64,000 nt of DNA from Balanoglossus misakiensis (lineage: Eukaryota > Animalia > Hemichordata): positions 17,367,912 through 17,431,911 of the forward strand of contig CM082578.2 of the NCBI GenBank assembly GCA_040954595.2, read 5' to 3'. The notes beneath the pieces were generated by a model. It searched no databases. It worked only from the letters and a program-made list of their open reading frames with translations, and was not told the origin of the DNA. The position numbers were made by a program, and so were the translations under genes. Below are positions 11,401 to 24,080 of this stretch, one piece after another (positions within the stretch are counted from its first letter, which is position 1; each line of letters opens with the position of its first letter).

Positions 11401-14400
11401 GACTCTGCGAATTTTCAAAATTTGGTCATTTTTTGAAAAAACCACGGGTTATAGCTCAGGAAAATCGCGAAAAACCGACGATTTTTCGACTTTGCGAATT
11501 TTCAAAATTTGGTCATTTTTTGAAAAAACCATGGGTTATAGCTCAGGAAAATCGCGAAAAATCGACGATTTTTCGACTTTGCGAATTTTCAAAATTTGGT
11601 CATTTTTTGAAAAAACCATGGGTTATAGCTCAGGAAAATCGCGAAAAACCGACGATTTTTCGACTTTGCGAATTTTCAAAATTTGGTCATTTTTTGAAAA
11701 AACCATGGGTTATAGCTCAGGAAAATCGCGAAAAATCGACGATTTTTCGACTTTGCGAATTTTCAAAATTTGGTCATTTTTTGAAAAAACCATGGGTTAT
11801 AGCTCAGGAAAATCGCGAAAAACCGACGATTTTTCGACTTTGCGAATTTTCAAAATTTGGTCATTTTTTGAAAAAACCATGGGTTATAGCTCAGGAAAAT
11901 CGCGAAAAACCGACGATTTTTCGACTTTGCGAATTTTCAAAATTTGGTCATTTTTTGAAAAAACCATGGGTTATAGCTCAGGAAAATCGCGAAAAATCGA
12001 CGATTTTTCGACTTTGCGAATTTTCAAAATTTCGTCATTTTTTGAAAAAACCATGGGTTATAGCTCAGGAAAATCGCGAAAAATCGACGATTTTTCGACT
12101 TTGCGAATTTTCAAAATTTGGTCATTTTTTGAAAAAACCATGGGTTATAGCTCAGGAAAATCGCGAAAAATCGACGATTTTTCGACTTTGCGAATTTTCA
12201 AAATTTGGTCATTTTTTGAAAAAACCATGGGTTATAGCTCAGGAAAATCGCGAAAAATCGACGATTTTTCGACTTTGCGAATTTTCAAAATTTGGTCATT
12301 TTTTGAAAAAACCATGGGTTATAGCTCAGGAAAATCGCGAAAAACCGACGATTTTTCGACTTTGCGAATTTTAAAAATTTGGTCATTTTTTGAAAAAACC
12401 ATGGGTTATAGCTCAGGAAAATCGCGAAAAATCGACGATTTTTCGACTTTGCGAATTTTCAAAATTTGGTCATTTTTTTAAAAAACCATGGGTTATAGCT
12501 CAGGAAAATCGCGAAAAACCGACGATTTTTCGACTTTGCGAATTTTCAAAATTTGGTCATTTTTTGAAAAAACCATGGGTTATAGCTCAGGAAAATCGCG
12601 AAAAATCGACGATTTTTCGACTTTGCGAATTTTCAAAATTTGGTCATTTTTTGAAAAAACCATGGGTTATAGCTCAGGAAAATCGCGAAAAACCGACGAT
12701 TTTTCGACTTTGCGAATTTTCAAAATTTGGTCATTTTTTGAAAAAACCATGGGTTATAGCTCAGGAAAATCGCGAAAAATCGACGATTTTTCGACTTTGC
12801 GAATTTTCAAATTTGGTCATTTTTTGAAAAAACCATGGGTTATAGCTCAGGAAAATCGCGAAAAATCGACGATTTTTCGACTTTGCGAATTTTCAAAATT
12901 TGGTCATTTTTTGAAAAAACCATGGGTTATAGCTCAGGAAAATCGCGAAAATTCGACGATTTTTCGACTTGGCGAATTTTCAAAATTTGGTCATTTTTTG
13001 AAAAAACCATGGGTTATAGCTCAGGAAAATCGCGAAAAATCGACGATTTTTCGACTTTGCGAATTTTCAAAATTTGGTCATTTTTTGAAAAAACCATGGG
13101 TTATAGCTCAGGAAAATCGCGAAAAATCGACGATTTTTCGACTTTGCGAATTTTCAAAATTTGGTCATTTTTTGAAAAAACCATGGGTTATAGCTCAGGA
13201 AAATCGCGAAAAATCGACGATTTTTCGACTTTGCGAATTTTCAAAATTTGGTCATTTTTTGAAAAAACCATGGGTTATAGCTCAGGAAAATCGCGAAAAA
13301 CCGACGATTTTTCGACTTTGCGAATTTTCAAAATTTGGTCATTTTTTGAAAAAACCATGGGTTATAGCTCAGGAAAATCGCGAAAAATCGACGATTTTTC
13401 GACTTTGCGAATTTTCAAAATTTGGTCATTTTTGAAAAAACCATGGGTTATAGCTCAGGAAAATCGCGAAAAACCGACGATTTTTCGACTTTGCGAATTT
13501 TCAAAATTTGGTCATTTTTTGAAAAAACCATGGGTTATAGCTCAGGAAAATCGCGAAAAATCGACGATTTTTCGACTTTGCGAATTTTCAAAATTTGGTC
13601 ATTTTTTGAAAAAACCATGGGTTATAGCTCAGGAAAATCGCGAAAAACCGACGATTTTTCGACTTTGCGAATTTTCAAAATTTGGTCATTTTTTGAAAAA
13701 ACCATGGGTTATAGCTCAGGAAAATCGCGAAAAATCGACGATTTTTCGACTTTGCGAATTTTCAAAATTTGGTCATTTTTTGAAAAAACCATGGGTTATA
13801 GCTCAGGAAAATCGCGAAAAATCGACGATTTTTCGACTTTGCGAATTTTCAAAATTTGGTCATTTTTTGAAAAAACCATGGGTTATAGCTCAGGAAAATC
13901 GCGAAAAATCGACGATTTTTCGACTTTGCGAATTTTCAAAATTTGGTCATTTTTTGAAAAAACCATGGGTTATAGCTCAGGAAAATCGCGAAAAACCGAC
14001 GATTTTTCGACTTTGCGAATTTTCAAAATTTGGTCATTTTTTGAAAAAAACATGGGTTATAGCTCAGGAAAATCGCGAAAAATCGACGATTTTTCGACTT
14101 TGCGAATTTTCAAAATTTGGTCATTTTTTGAAAAAACCATGGGTTATAGCTCAGGAAAATCGCGAAAAATCGACGATTTTTCGACTTTGCGAATTTTCAA
14201 AATTTGGTCATTTTTTGAAAAAACCATGGGTTATAGCTCAGGAAAATCGCGAAAAATCGACGATTTTTTCGACTTTGCGAATTTTCAAAATTTGGTCATT
14301 TTTTGAAAAAACCATGGGTTATAGCTCAGGAAAATCGCGAAAAACCGACGATTTTTCGACTTTGCGAATTTTCAAAATTTGGTCATTTTTTGAAAAAACC

Positions 14401-17400
14401 ATGGGTTATAGCTCAGGAAAATCGCGAAAAACCGACGATTTTTCGACTTTGCGAATTTTCAAAATTTGGTCATTTTTTGAAAAAACCATGGGTTATAGCT
14501 CAGGAAAATCGCGAAAAATCGACGATTTTTCGACTTTGCGAATTTTCAAAATTTGGTCATTTTTTGAAAAAACCATGGGTTATAGCTCAGGAAAATCGCG
14601 AAAAACCGACGATTTTTCGACTTTGCGAATTTTCAAAATGTGGTCATTTTTTGAAAAAACCATGGGTTATAGCTCAGGAAAATCGCGAAAAATCGACGAT
14701 TTTTCGACTTTGCGAATTTTCAAAATTTGGTCATTTTTTGAAAAAACCATGGGTTATAGCTCAGGAAAATCGCGAAAAACCGACGATTTTTCGACTTTGC
14801 GAATTTTAAAAATTTGGTCATTTTTTGAAAAAACCATGGGTTATAGCTCAGGAAAATCGCGAAAAATCGACGATTTTTCGACTTTGCGAATTTTCAAAAT
14901 TTGGTCATTTTTTTAAAAAACCATGGGTTATAGCTCAGGAAAATCGCGAAAAACCGACGATTTTTCGACTTTGCGAATTTTCAAAATTTGGTCATTTTTT
15001 GAAAAAACCATGGGTTATAGCTCAGGAAAATCGCGAAAAATCGACGATTTTTCGACTTTGCGAATTTTCAAAATTTGGTCATTTTTTGAAAAAACCATGG
15101 GTTATAGCTCAGGAAAATCGCGAAAAATCGACGATTTTTCGACTTTGCGAATTTTCAAAATTTGGTCATTTTTTGAAAAAACCATGGGTTATAGCTCAGG
15201 AAAATCGCGAAAAATCGACGATTTTTCGACTTTGCGAATTTTCAAAATTTGGTCATTTTTTGAAAAAACCATGGGTTATAGCTCAGGAAAATCGCGAAAA
15301 ATCGACGATTTTTCGACTTTGCGAATTTTCAAAATTTGGTCATTTTTTGAAAAAACCATGGGTTATAGCTCAGGAAAATCGCGAAAAACCGACGATTTTT
15401 CGACTTTGCGAATTTTCAAAATTTGGTCATTTTTTGAAAAAACCATGGGTTATAGCTCAGGAAAATCGCGAAAAATCGACGATTTTTCGACTTTGCGAAT
15501 TTTCAAAATTTGGTCATTTTTTGAAAAAACCATGGGTTATAGCTAAGGAAAATCGCGAAAAATCGACGATTTTTCGACTTTGCGAATTTTCAAAATTTCG
15601 TCATTTTTTGAAAAAACCATGGGTTATAGCTCAGGAAAATCGCGAAAAATCGACGATATTTCGACTTTGCGAATTTTCAAAATTTGGTCATTTTTTGAAA
15701 AAACCATGGGTTATAGCTCAGGAAAATCGCGAAAAACCGACGATTTTTCGACTTTGCGAATTTTCAAAATTTGGTCATTTTTTGAAAAAACCATGGGTTA
15801 TAGCTCAGGAAAATCGCGAAAAATCGACGATTTTTCGACTTTGCGAATTTTCAAAATTTGGTCATTTTTTGAAAAAACCATGGGTTATAGCTCAGGAAAA
15901 TCGCGAAAAACCGACGATTTTTCGACTTTGCGAATTTTCAAAATTTGGTCATTTTTTGAAAAAACCATGGGTTATAGCTCAGGAAAATCGCGAAAAATCG
16001 ACGATTTTTCGACTTTGCGAATTTTCAAAATTTGGTCATTTTTTGAAAAAACCATGGGTTATAGCTAAGGAAAATCGCGAAAAATCGACGATTTTTCGAC
16101 TTTGCGAATTTTCAAAATTTCGTCATTTTTTGAAAAAACCATGGGTTATAGCTCAGGAAAATCGCGAAAAATCGACGATATTTCGACTTTGCGAATTTTC
16201 AAAATTTGGTTATTTTTTGAAAAAACCATGGGTTATAGCTCAGGAAAATCGCGAAAAACCGACGATTTTTCGACTTTGCGAATTTTCAAAATTTGGTCAT
16301 TTTTTGAAAAAACCATGGGTTATAGCTCAGGAAAATCGCGAAAAACCGACGATTTTTCGACTCTGCGAATTTTCAAAATTTGGTCATTTTTTGAAAAAAC
16401 CATGGGTTATAGCTCAGGAAAATCGCGAAAAACCGACGATTTTTCGACTTTGCGAATTTTCAAAATTTGGTCATTTTTTGAAAAAACCATGGGTTATAGC
16501 TCAGGAAAATCGCGAAAAATCGACGATTTTTCGACTTTGCGAATTTTCAAAATTTGGTCATTTTTTGAAAAAACCATGGGTTATAGCTCAGGAAAATCGC
16601 GAAAAATCGACGATTTTTCGACTTTGCGAATTTTCAAAATTTGGTCATTTTTTGAAAAAACCATGGGTTATAGCTCAGGAAAATCGCGAAAAACCGACGA
16701 TTTTTCGACTTTGCGAATTTTCAAAATTTGGTCATTTTTTGAAAAAACCATGGGTTATAGCTCAGGAAAATCGCGAAAAATCGACGATTTTTCGACTTTG
16801 CGAATTTTCAAAATTTGGTCATTTGTTGAAAAAACCATGGGTTATAGCTCAGGAAAATCGCGAAAAATCGACGATTTTTCGACTTTGCGAATTTTCAAAA
16901 TTTCGTCATTTTTTGAAAAAACCATGGGTTATAGCTCAGGAAAATCGCGAAAAATCGACGATTTTTCGACTTTGCGAATTTTCAAAATTTGGTCATTTTT
17001 TGAAAAAACCATGGGTTATAGCTCAGGAAAATCGCGAAAAACCGACGATTTTTCGACTTTGCGAATTTTCAAAATTTGGTCATTTTTTGAAAAAACCATG
17101 GGTTATAGCTCAGGAAAATCGCGAAAAATCGACGATTTTTCGACTTTGCGAATTTTCAAAATTTGGTCATTTTTTGAAAAAACCATGGGTTATAGCTCAG
17201 GAAAATCGCGAAAAATCGACGATTTTTCGACTTTGCGAATTTTCAAAATTTGGTCATTTTTTGAAAAAACCATGGGTTATAGCTCAGGAAAATCGCGAAA
17301 AATCGACGATTTTTCGACTTTGCGAATTTTCAAAATTTGGTCATTTTTTGAAAAAACCATGGGTTATAGCTAAGGAAAATCGCGAAAAATCGACGATTTT

Positions 17401-20400
17401 TCGACTTTGCGAATTTTCAAAATTTCGTCATTTTTTGAAAAAACCATGGGTTATAGCTCAGGAAAATCGCGAAAAATCGACGATATTTCGACTTTGCGAA
17501 TTTTCAAAATTTGGTCATTTTTTGAAAAAACCATGGGTTATAGCTCAGGAAAATCGCGAAAAACCGACGATTTTTCGACTTTGCGAATTTTCAAAATTTG
17601 GTCATTTTTTGAAAAAACCATGGGTTATAGCTCAGGAAAATCGCGAAAAATCGACGATTTTTCGACTTTGCGAATTTTCAAAATTTGGTCATTTTTTGAA
17701 AAAACCATGGGTTATAGCTCAGGAAAATCGCGAAAAACCGACGATTTTTCGACTTTGCGAATTTTCAAAATTTGGTCATTTTTTGAAAAAACCATGGGTT
17801 ATAGCTCAGGAAAATCGCGAAAAATCGACGATTTTTCGACTTTGCGAATTTTCAAAATTTGGTCATTTTTTGAAAAAACCATGGGTTATAGCTAAGGAAA
17901 ATCGCGAAAAATCGACGATTTTTCGACTTTGCGAATTTTCAAAATTTCGTCATTTTTTGAAAAAACCATGGGTTATAGCTCAGGAAAATCGCGAAAAATC
18001 GACGATATTTCGACTTTGCGAATTTTCAAAATTTGGTTATTTTTTGAAAAAACCATGGGTTATAGCTCAGGAAAATCGCGAAAAACCGACGATTTTTCGA
18101 CTTTGCGAATTTTCAAAATTTGGTCATTTTTTGAAAAAACCATGGGTTATAGCTCAGGAAAATCGCGAAAAACCGACGATTTTTCGACTCTGCGAATTTT
18201 CAAAATTTGGTCATTTTTTGAAAAAACCATGGGTTATAGCTCAGGAAAATCGCGAAAAACCGACGATTTTTCGACTTTGCGAATTTTCAAAATTTGGTCA
18301 TTTTTTGAAAAAACCATGGGTTATAGCTCAGGAAAATCGCGAAAAATCGACGATTTTTCGACTTTGCGAATTTTCAAAATTTGGTCATTTTTTGAAAAAA
18401 CCATGGGTTATAGCTCAGGAAAATCGCGAAAAATCGACGATTTTTCGACTTTGCGAATTTTCAAAATTTGGTCATTTTTTGAAAAAACCATGGGTTATAG
18501 CTCAGGAAAATCGCGAAAAATCGACGATTTTTCGACTTTGCGAATTTTCAAAATTTGGTCATTTTTTGAAAAAACCATGGGTTATAGCTCAGGAAAATCG
18601 CGAAAAACCGACGATTTTTCGACTTTGCGAATTTTCAAAATTTGGTCATTTTTTGAAAAAACCATGGGTTATAGCTCAGGAAAATCGCGAAAAATCGACG
18701 ATTTTTCGACTTTGCGAATTTTCAAAATTTGGTCATTTTTTGAAAAAACCATGGGTTATAGCTCAGGAAAATCGCGAAAAATCGACGATTTTTCGACTTT
18801 GCGAATTTTCAAAATTTGGTCATTTTTTGAAAAAACCATGGGTTATAGCTCAGGAAAATCGCGAAAAATCGACGATTTTTCGACTTTGCGAATTTTCAAA
18901 ATTTGGTCATTTTTTGAAAAAACCATGGGTTATAGCTCAGGAAAATCGCGAAAAACCGACGATTTTTCGACTTTGCGAATTTTCAAAATTTGGTCATTTT
19001 TTGAAAAAACCATGGGTTATAGCTCAGGAAAATCGCGAAAAATCGACGATTTTTCGACTTTGCGAATTTTCAAAATTTGGTCATTTTTTGAAAAAACCAT
19101 GGGTTATAGCTCAGGAAAATCGCGAAAAATCGACGATTTTTCGACTTTGCGAATTTTCAAAATTTGGTCATTTTTTGAAAAAACCATGGGTTATAGCTCA
19201 GGAAAACCGCGAAAAACCGACGATTTTTCGAATTTGCGAATTTTCAAAATTTGGTCATTTTTTGAAAAAACCATGGGTTATAGCTCAGGAAAATCGCGAA
19301 AAATCGACGATTTTTCGACTTAGCGAATTTTCAAAATTTGGTCATTTTTTGAAAAAACCATGGGTTATAGCTCAGGAAAATCGCGAAAAACCGACGATTT
19401 TTCGACTTTGCGAATTTTCAAAATTTGGTCATTTTTTGAAAAAACCATGGGTTATAGCTCAGGAAAATCGCGAAAAATCGACGATTTTTCGACTTTGCGA
19501 ATTTTCAAAATTTGATCATTTTTTGAAAAAACCATGGGTTATAGCTCAGGAAAATCGCGAAAAATCGACGATTTTTCGACTTTGCGAATTTTCAAAATTT
19601 GGTCATTTTTTGAAAAAACCATGGGTTATAGCTCAGGAAAATCGCGAAAAATCGACGATTTTTCGACTTTGCGAATTTTCAAAATTTGGTCATTTTTTGA
19701 AAAAACCATGGGTTATAGCTCAGGAAAATCGCGAAAAACCGACGATTTTTCGACTTTGCGAATTTTCAAAATTTGGTCATTTTTTGAAAAAACCATGGGT
19801 TATAGCTCAGGAAAATCGCGAAAAATCGACGATTTTTCGACTTTGCGAATTTTCAAAATTTGGTCATTTTTTGAAAAAACCATGGGTTATAGCTCAGGAA
19901 AATCGCGAAAAATCGACGATTTTTCGACTTTGCGAATTTTCAAAATTTGGTCATTTTTTGAAAAAACCATGGGTTATAGCTCAGGAAAATCGCGAAAAAT
20001 CGACGATTTTTCGACTTTGCGAATTTTCAAAATTTGGTCATTTTTTGAAAAAACCATGGGTTATAGCTCAGGAAAATCGCGAAAAACCGACGATTTTTCG
20101 AATTTGCGAATTTTCAAAATTTGGTCATTTTTTGAAAAAACCATGGGTTATAGCTCAGGAAAATCGCGAAAAATCGACGATTTTTCGACTTAGCGAATTT
20201 TCAAAATTTGGTCATTTTTTGAAAAAACCATGGGTTATAGCTCAGGAAAATCGCGAAAAACCGACGATTTTTCGACTTTGCGAATTTTCAAAATTTGGTC
20301 ATTTTTTGAAAAAACCATGGGTTATAGCTCAGGAAAATCGCGAAAAACCGACGATTTTTCGAATTTGCGAATTTTCAAAATTTTGTCATTTTTCGACAAA

Positions 20401-23400
20401 AACCATGGGTTATAGCTCAGGAAAATCGCGAAAAATCGACGATTTTTCGACTTTGCGAATTTTCAAAATTTGGTCATTTTTTGAAAAAACCATGGGTTAT
20501 AGCTCAGGAAAATCGCGAAAAATCGACGATTTTTCGACTTTGCGAATTTTCAAAATTTGGTCATTTTTTGAAAAAACCATGGGTTATAGCTCAGGAAAAT
20601 CGCGAAAAATCGACGATTTTTCGACTTTGCGAATTTTCAAAATTTGGTCATTTTTTGAAAAAACCATGGGTTATAGCTCAGGAAAATCGCGAAAAATCGA
20701 CGATTTTTCGACTTTGCGAATTTTCAAAATTTGGTCATTTTTTGAAAAAACCATGGGTTATAGCTCAGGAAAATCGCGAAAAATCGACGATATTTCGACT
20801 TTGCGAATTTTCAAAATTTGGTCATTTTTTGAAAAAACCATGGGTTATAGCTCAGGAAAATCGCGAAAAACCGACGATTTTTCGACTTTGCGAATTTTCA
20901 AAATTTGGTCATTTTTTGAAAAAACCATGGGTTATAGCTCAGGAAAATCGCGAAAAATCGACGATTTTTCGACTTTGCGAATTTTCAAAATTTGGTCATT
21001 TTTTGAAAAAACCATGGGTTATAGCTCAGGAAAATCGCGAAAAATCGACGATTTTTCGACTTTGCGAATTTTCAAAATTTGGTCATTTTTTGAAAAAACC
21101 ATGGGTTATAGCTCAGGAAAATCGCGAAAAATCGACGATTTTTCGACTTTGCGAATTTTCAAAATTTGGTCATTTTTTGAAAAAACCATGGGTTATAGCT
21201 CAGGAAAATCGCGAAAAATCGACGATTTTTCGACTTTGCGAATTTTCAAAATTTGGTCATTTTTTGAAAAAACCATGGGTTATAGCTCAGGAAAATCGCG
21301 AAAAACCGACGATTTTTCGACTTTGCGAATTTTCAAAATTTGGTCATTTTTTGAAAAAACCATGGGTTATAGCTCAGGAAAATCGCGAAAAATCGACGAT
21401 TTTTCGACTTTGCGAATTTTCAAAATTTGGTCATTTTTTGAAAAAACCATGGGTTATAGCTCAGGAAAATCGCGAAAAACCGACGATTTTTCGACTTTGC
21501 GAATTTTCAAAATTTGGTCATTTTTTGAAAAAACCATGGGTTATAGCTCAGGAAAATCGCGAAAAATCGACGATTTTTCGACTTTGCGAATTTTCAAAAT
21601 TTGGTCATTTTTTGAAAAAACCATGGGTTATAGCTCAGGAAAATCGCGAAAAATCGACGATTTTTCGACTTTGCGAATTTTCAAAATTTGGTCATTTTTT
21701 GAAAAAACCATGGGTTATAGCTCAGGAAAATCGCGAAAAATCGACGATTTTTCGACTTTGCGAATTTTCAAAATTTGGTCATTTTTTGAAAAAACCATGG
21801 GTTATAGCTCAGGAAAATCGCGAAAAACCGACGATTTTTCGACTTTGCGAATTTTCAAAATTTGGTCATTTTTTGAAAAAACCATGGGTTATAGCTCAGG
21901 AAAATCGCGAAAAATCGACGATTTTTAGACTTTGCGAATTTTCAAAATTTGGTCATTTTTTGAAAAAACCATGGGTTATAGCTCAGGAAAATCGCGAAAA
22001 ATCGACGATTTTTCGACTTTGCGAATTTTCAAAATTTGGTCATTTTTTGAAAAAACCATGGGTTATAGCTCAGGAAAATCGCGAAAAACCGACGATTTTT
22101 CGACTTTGCGAATTTTCAAAATTTGGTCATTTTTTGAAAAAACCATGGGTTATAGCTCAGGAAAATCGCGAAAAACCGACGATTTTTCGACTTTGCGAAT
22201 TTTCAAAATTTGGTCATTTTTTGAAAAAACCATGGGTTATAGCTCAGGAAAATCGCGAAAAATCGACGATTTTTCGACTTTGCGAATTTTCAAAATTTGA
22301 TCATTTTTTGAAAAAACCATGGGTTATAGCTCAGGAAAATCGCGAAAAACCGACGATTTTTCGAATTTGCGAATTTTCAAAATTTTGTCATTTTTCGACA
22401 AAAACCATGGGTTATAGCTCAGGAAAATCGCGAAAAATCGACGATTTTTCGACTTTGCGAATTTTCAAAATTTGGTCATTTTTTGAAAAAACCATGGGTT
22501 ATAGCTCAGGAAAATCGCGAAAAATCGACGATTTTTCGACTTTGCGAATTTTCAAAATTTGGTCATTTTTTGAAAAAACCATGGGTTATAGCTCAGGAAA
22601 ATCGCGAAAAATCGACGATTTTTCGACTTTGCGAATTTTCAAAATTTGGTCATTTTTTGAAAAAACCATGGGTTATAGCTCAGGAAAATCGCGAAAAATC
22701 GACGATTTTTCGACTTTGCGAATTTTCAAAATTTGGTCATTTTTTGAAAAAACCATGGGTTATAGCTCAGGAAAATCGCGAAAAACCGACGATTTTTCGG
22801 CTTTGCGAATTTTCAAAATTTGGTCATTTTTTGAAAAAACCATGGGTTATAGCTCAGGAAAATCGCGAAAAATCGACGATTTTTCGACTTTGCGAATTTT
22901 CAAAATTTGGTCATTTTTTGAAAAAACCATGGGTTATAGCTCAGGAAAATCGCGAAAAATCGACGATATTCCGACTTTGCGAATTTTCAAAATTTGGTCA
23001 TTTTTTGAAAAAACCATGGGTTATAGCTCAGGAAAATCGCGAAAAACCGACGATTTTTCGACTTTGCGAATTTTCAAAATTTGGTCATTTTTTGAAAAAA
23101 CCATGTGTTATAGCTCAGGAAAATCGCGAAAAATCGACGATTTTTCGACTTTGCGAATTTTCAAAATTTGGTCATTTTTTGAAAAAAACCATGGGTTATA
23201 GCTCAGGAAAATCGCGAAAAATCGACGATTTTTCGACTTTGCGAATTTTCAAAATTTGGTCATTTTTTGAAAAAACCATGGGTTATAGCTCAGGAAAATC
23301 GCGAAAAATCGACGATTTTTCGACTTTGCGAATTTTCAAAATTTGGTCATTTTTTGAAAAAACCATGGGTTATAGCTCAGGAAAATCGCGAAAAACCGAC

Positions 23401-24080
23401 GATTTTTCGACTTTGCGAATTTTCAAAATTTGGTCATTTTTTGAAAAAACCATGGGTTATAGCTCAGGAAAATCGCGAAAAATCGACGATTTTTCGACTT
23501 TGCGAATTTTCAAAATTTGGTCATTTTTTGAAAAAACCATGGGTTATAGCTCAGGAAAATCGCGAAAAACCGACGATTTTTCGACTTTGCGAATTTTCAA
23601 AATTTGGTCATTTTTTGAAAAAACCATGGGTTATAGCTCAGGAAAATCGCGAAAAATCGACGATTTTTCGACTTTGCGAATTTTCAAAATTTGGTCATTT
23701 TTTGAAAAAACCATGGGTTATAGCTCAGGAAAATCGCGAAAAACCGACGATTTTTCGACTTTGCGAATTTTCAAAATTTGATCATTTTTTGAAAAAACCA
23801 TGGGTTATAGCTCAGGAAAATCGCGAAAAACCGACGATTTTTCGAATTTGCGAATTTTCAAAATTTTGTCATTTTTCGACAAAAACCATGGGTTATAGCT
23901 CAGGAAAATCGCGAAAAATCGACGATTTTTCGACTTTGCGAATTTTCAAAATTTGGTCATTTTTTGAAAAAAACATGGGTTATAGCTCAGGAAAATTGCG
24001 AAAAATCGACGATTTTTCGACTTAGCGAATTTTCAAAATTTGGTCATTTTTTGAAAAAAACAATGGGTTATAGCTCAGGA
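5487..24080 (+). repeat. Satellite array, subfamily B (87-bp monomer), ~214 copies
   Basis: Tandem CCATGGGTTATAGCTCAGGAAAATCGCGAAAAA(T/C)CGACGATTTTTCGACTTTGCGAATTTTCAAAATTTGGTCATTTTTTGAAAAAA. Clearly homologous to subfamily A (shared CCATGGGTTATAGCTCA, TTTTTCGACTT, TTTCAAAATTTGGT). Confidence 0.98.
8742..8762 (+). other. Probable library-derived sequence: PacBio barcode bc1003 (ACACATCTCGTGAGAG) preceded by AGAGT
   Basis: Non-satellite 16-mer ACACATCTCGTGAGAG at 8747-8762 is identical, from recall, to PacBio barcode bc1003. A partial copy CTCGTGAGAGT is at 8566-8576. Confidence 0.8.
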
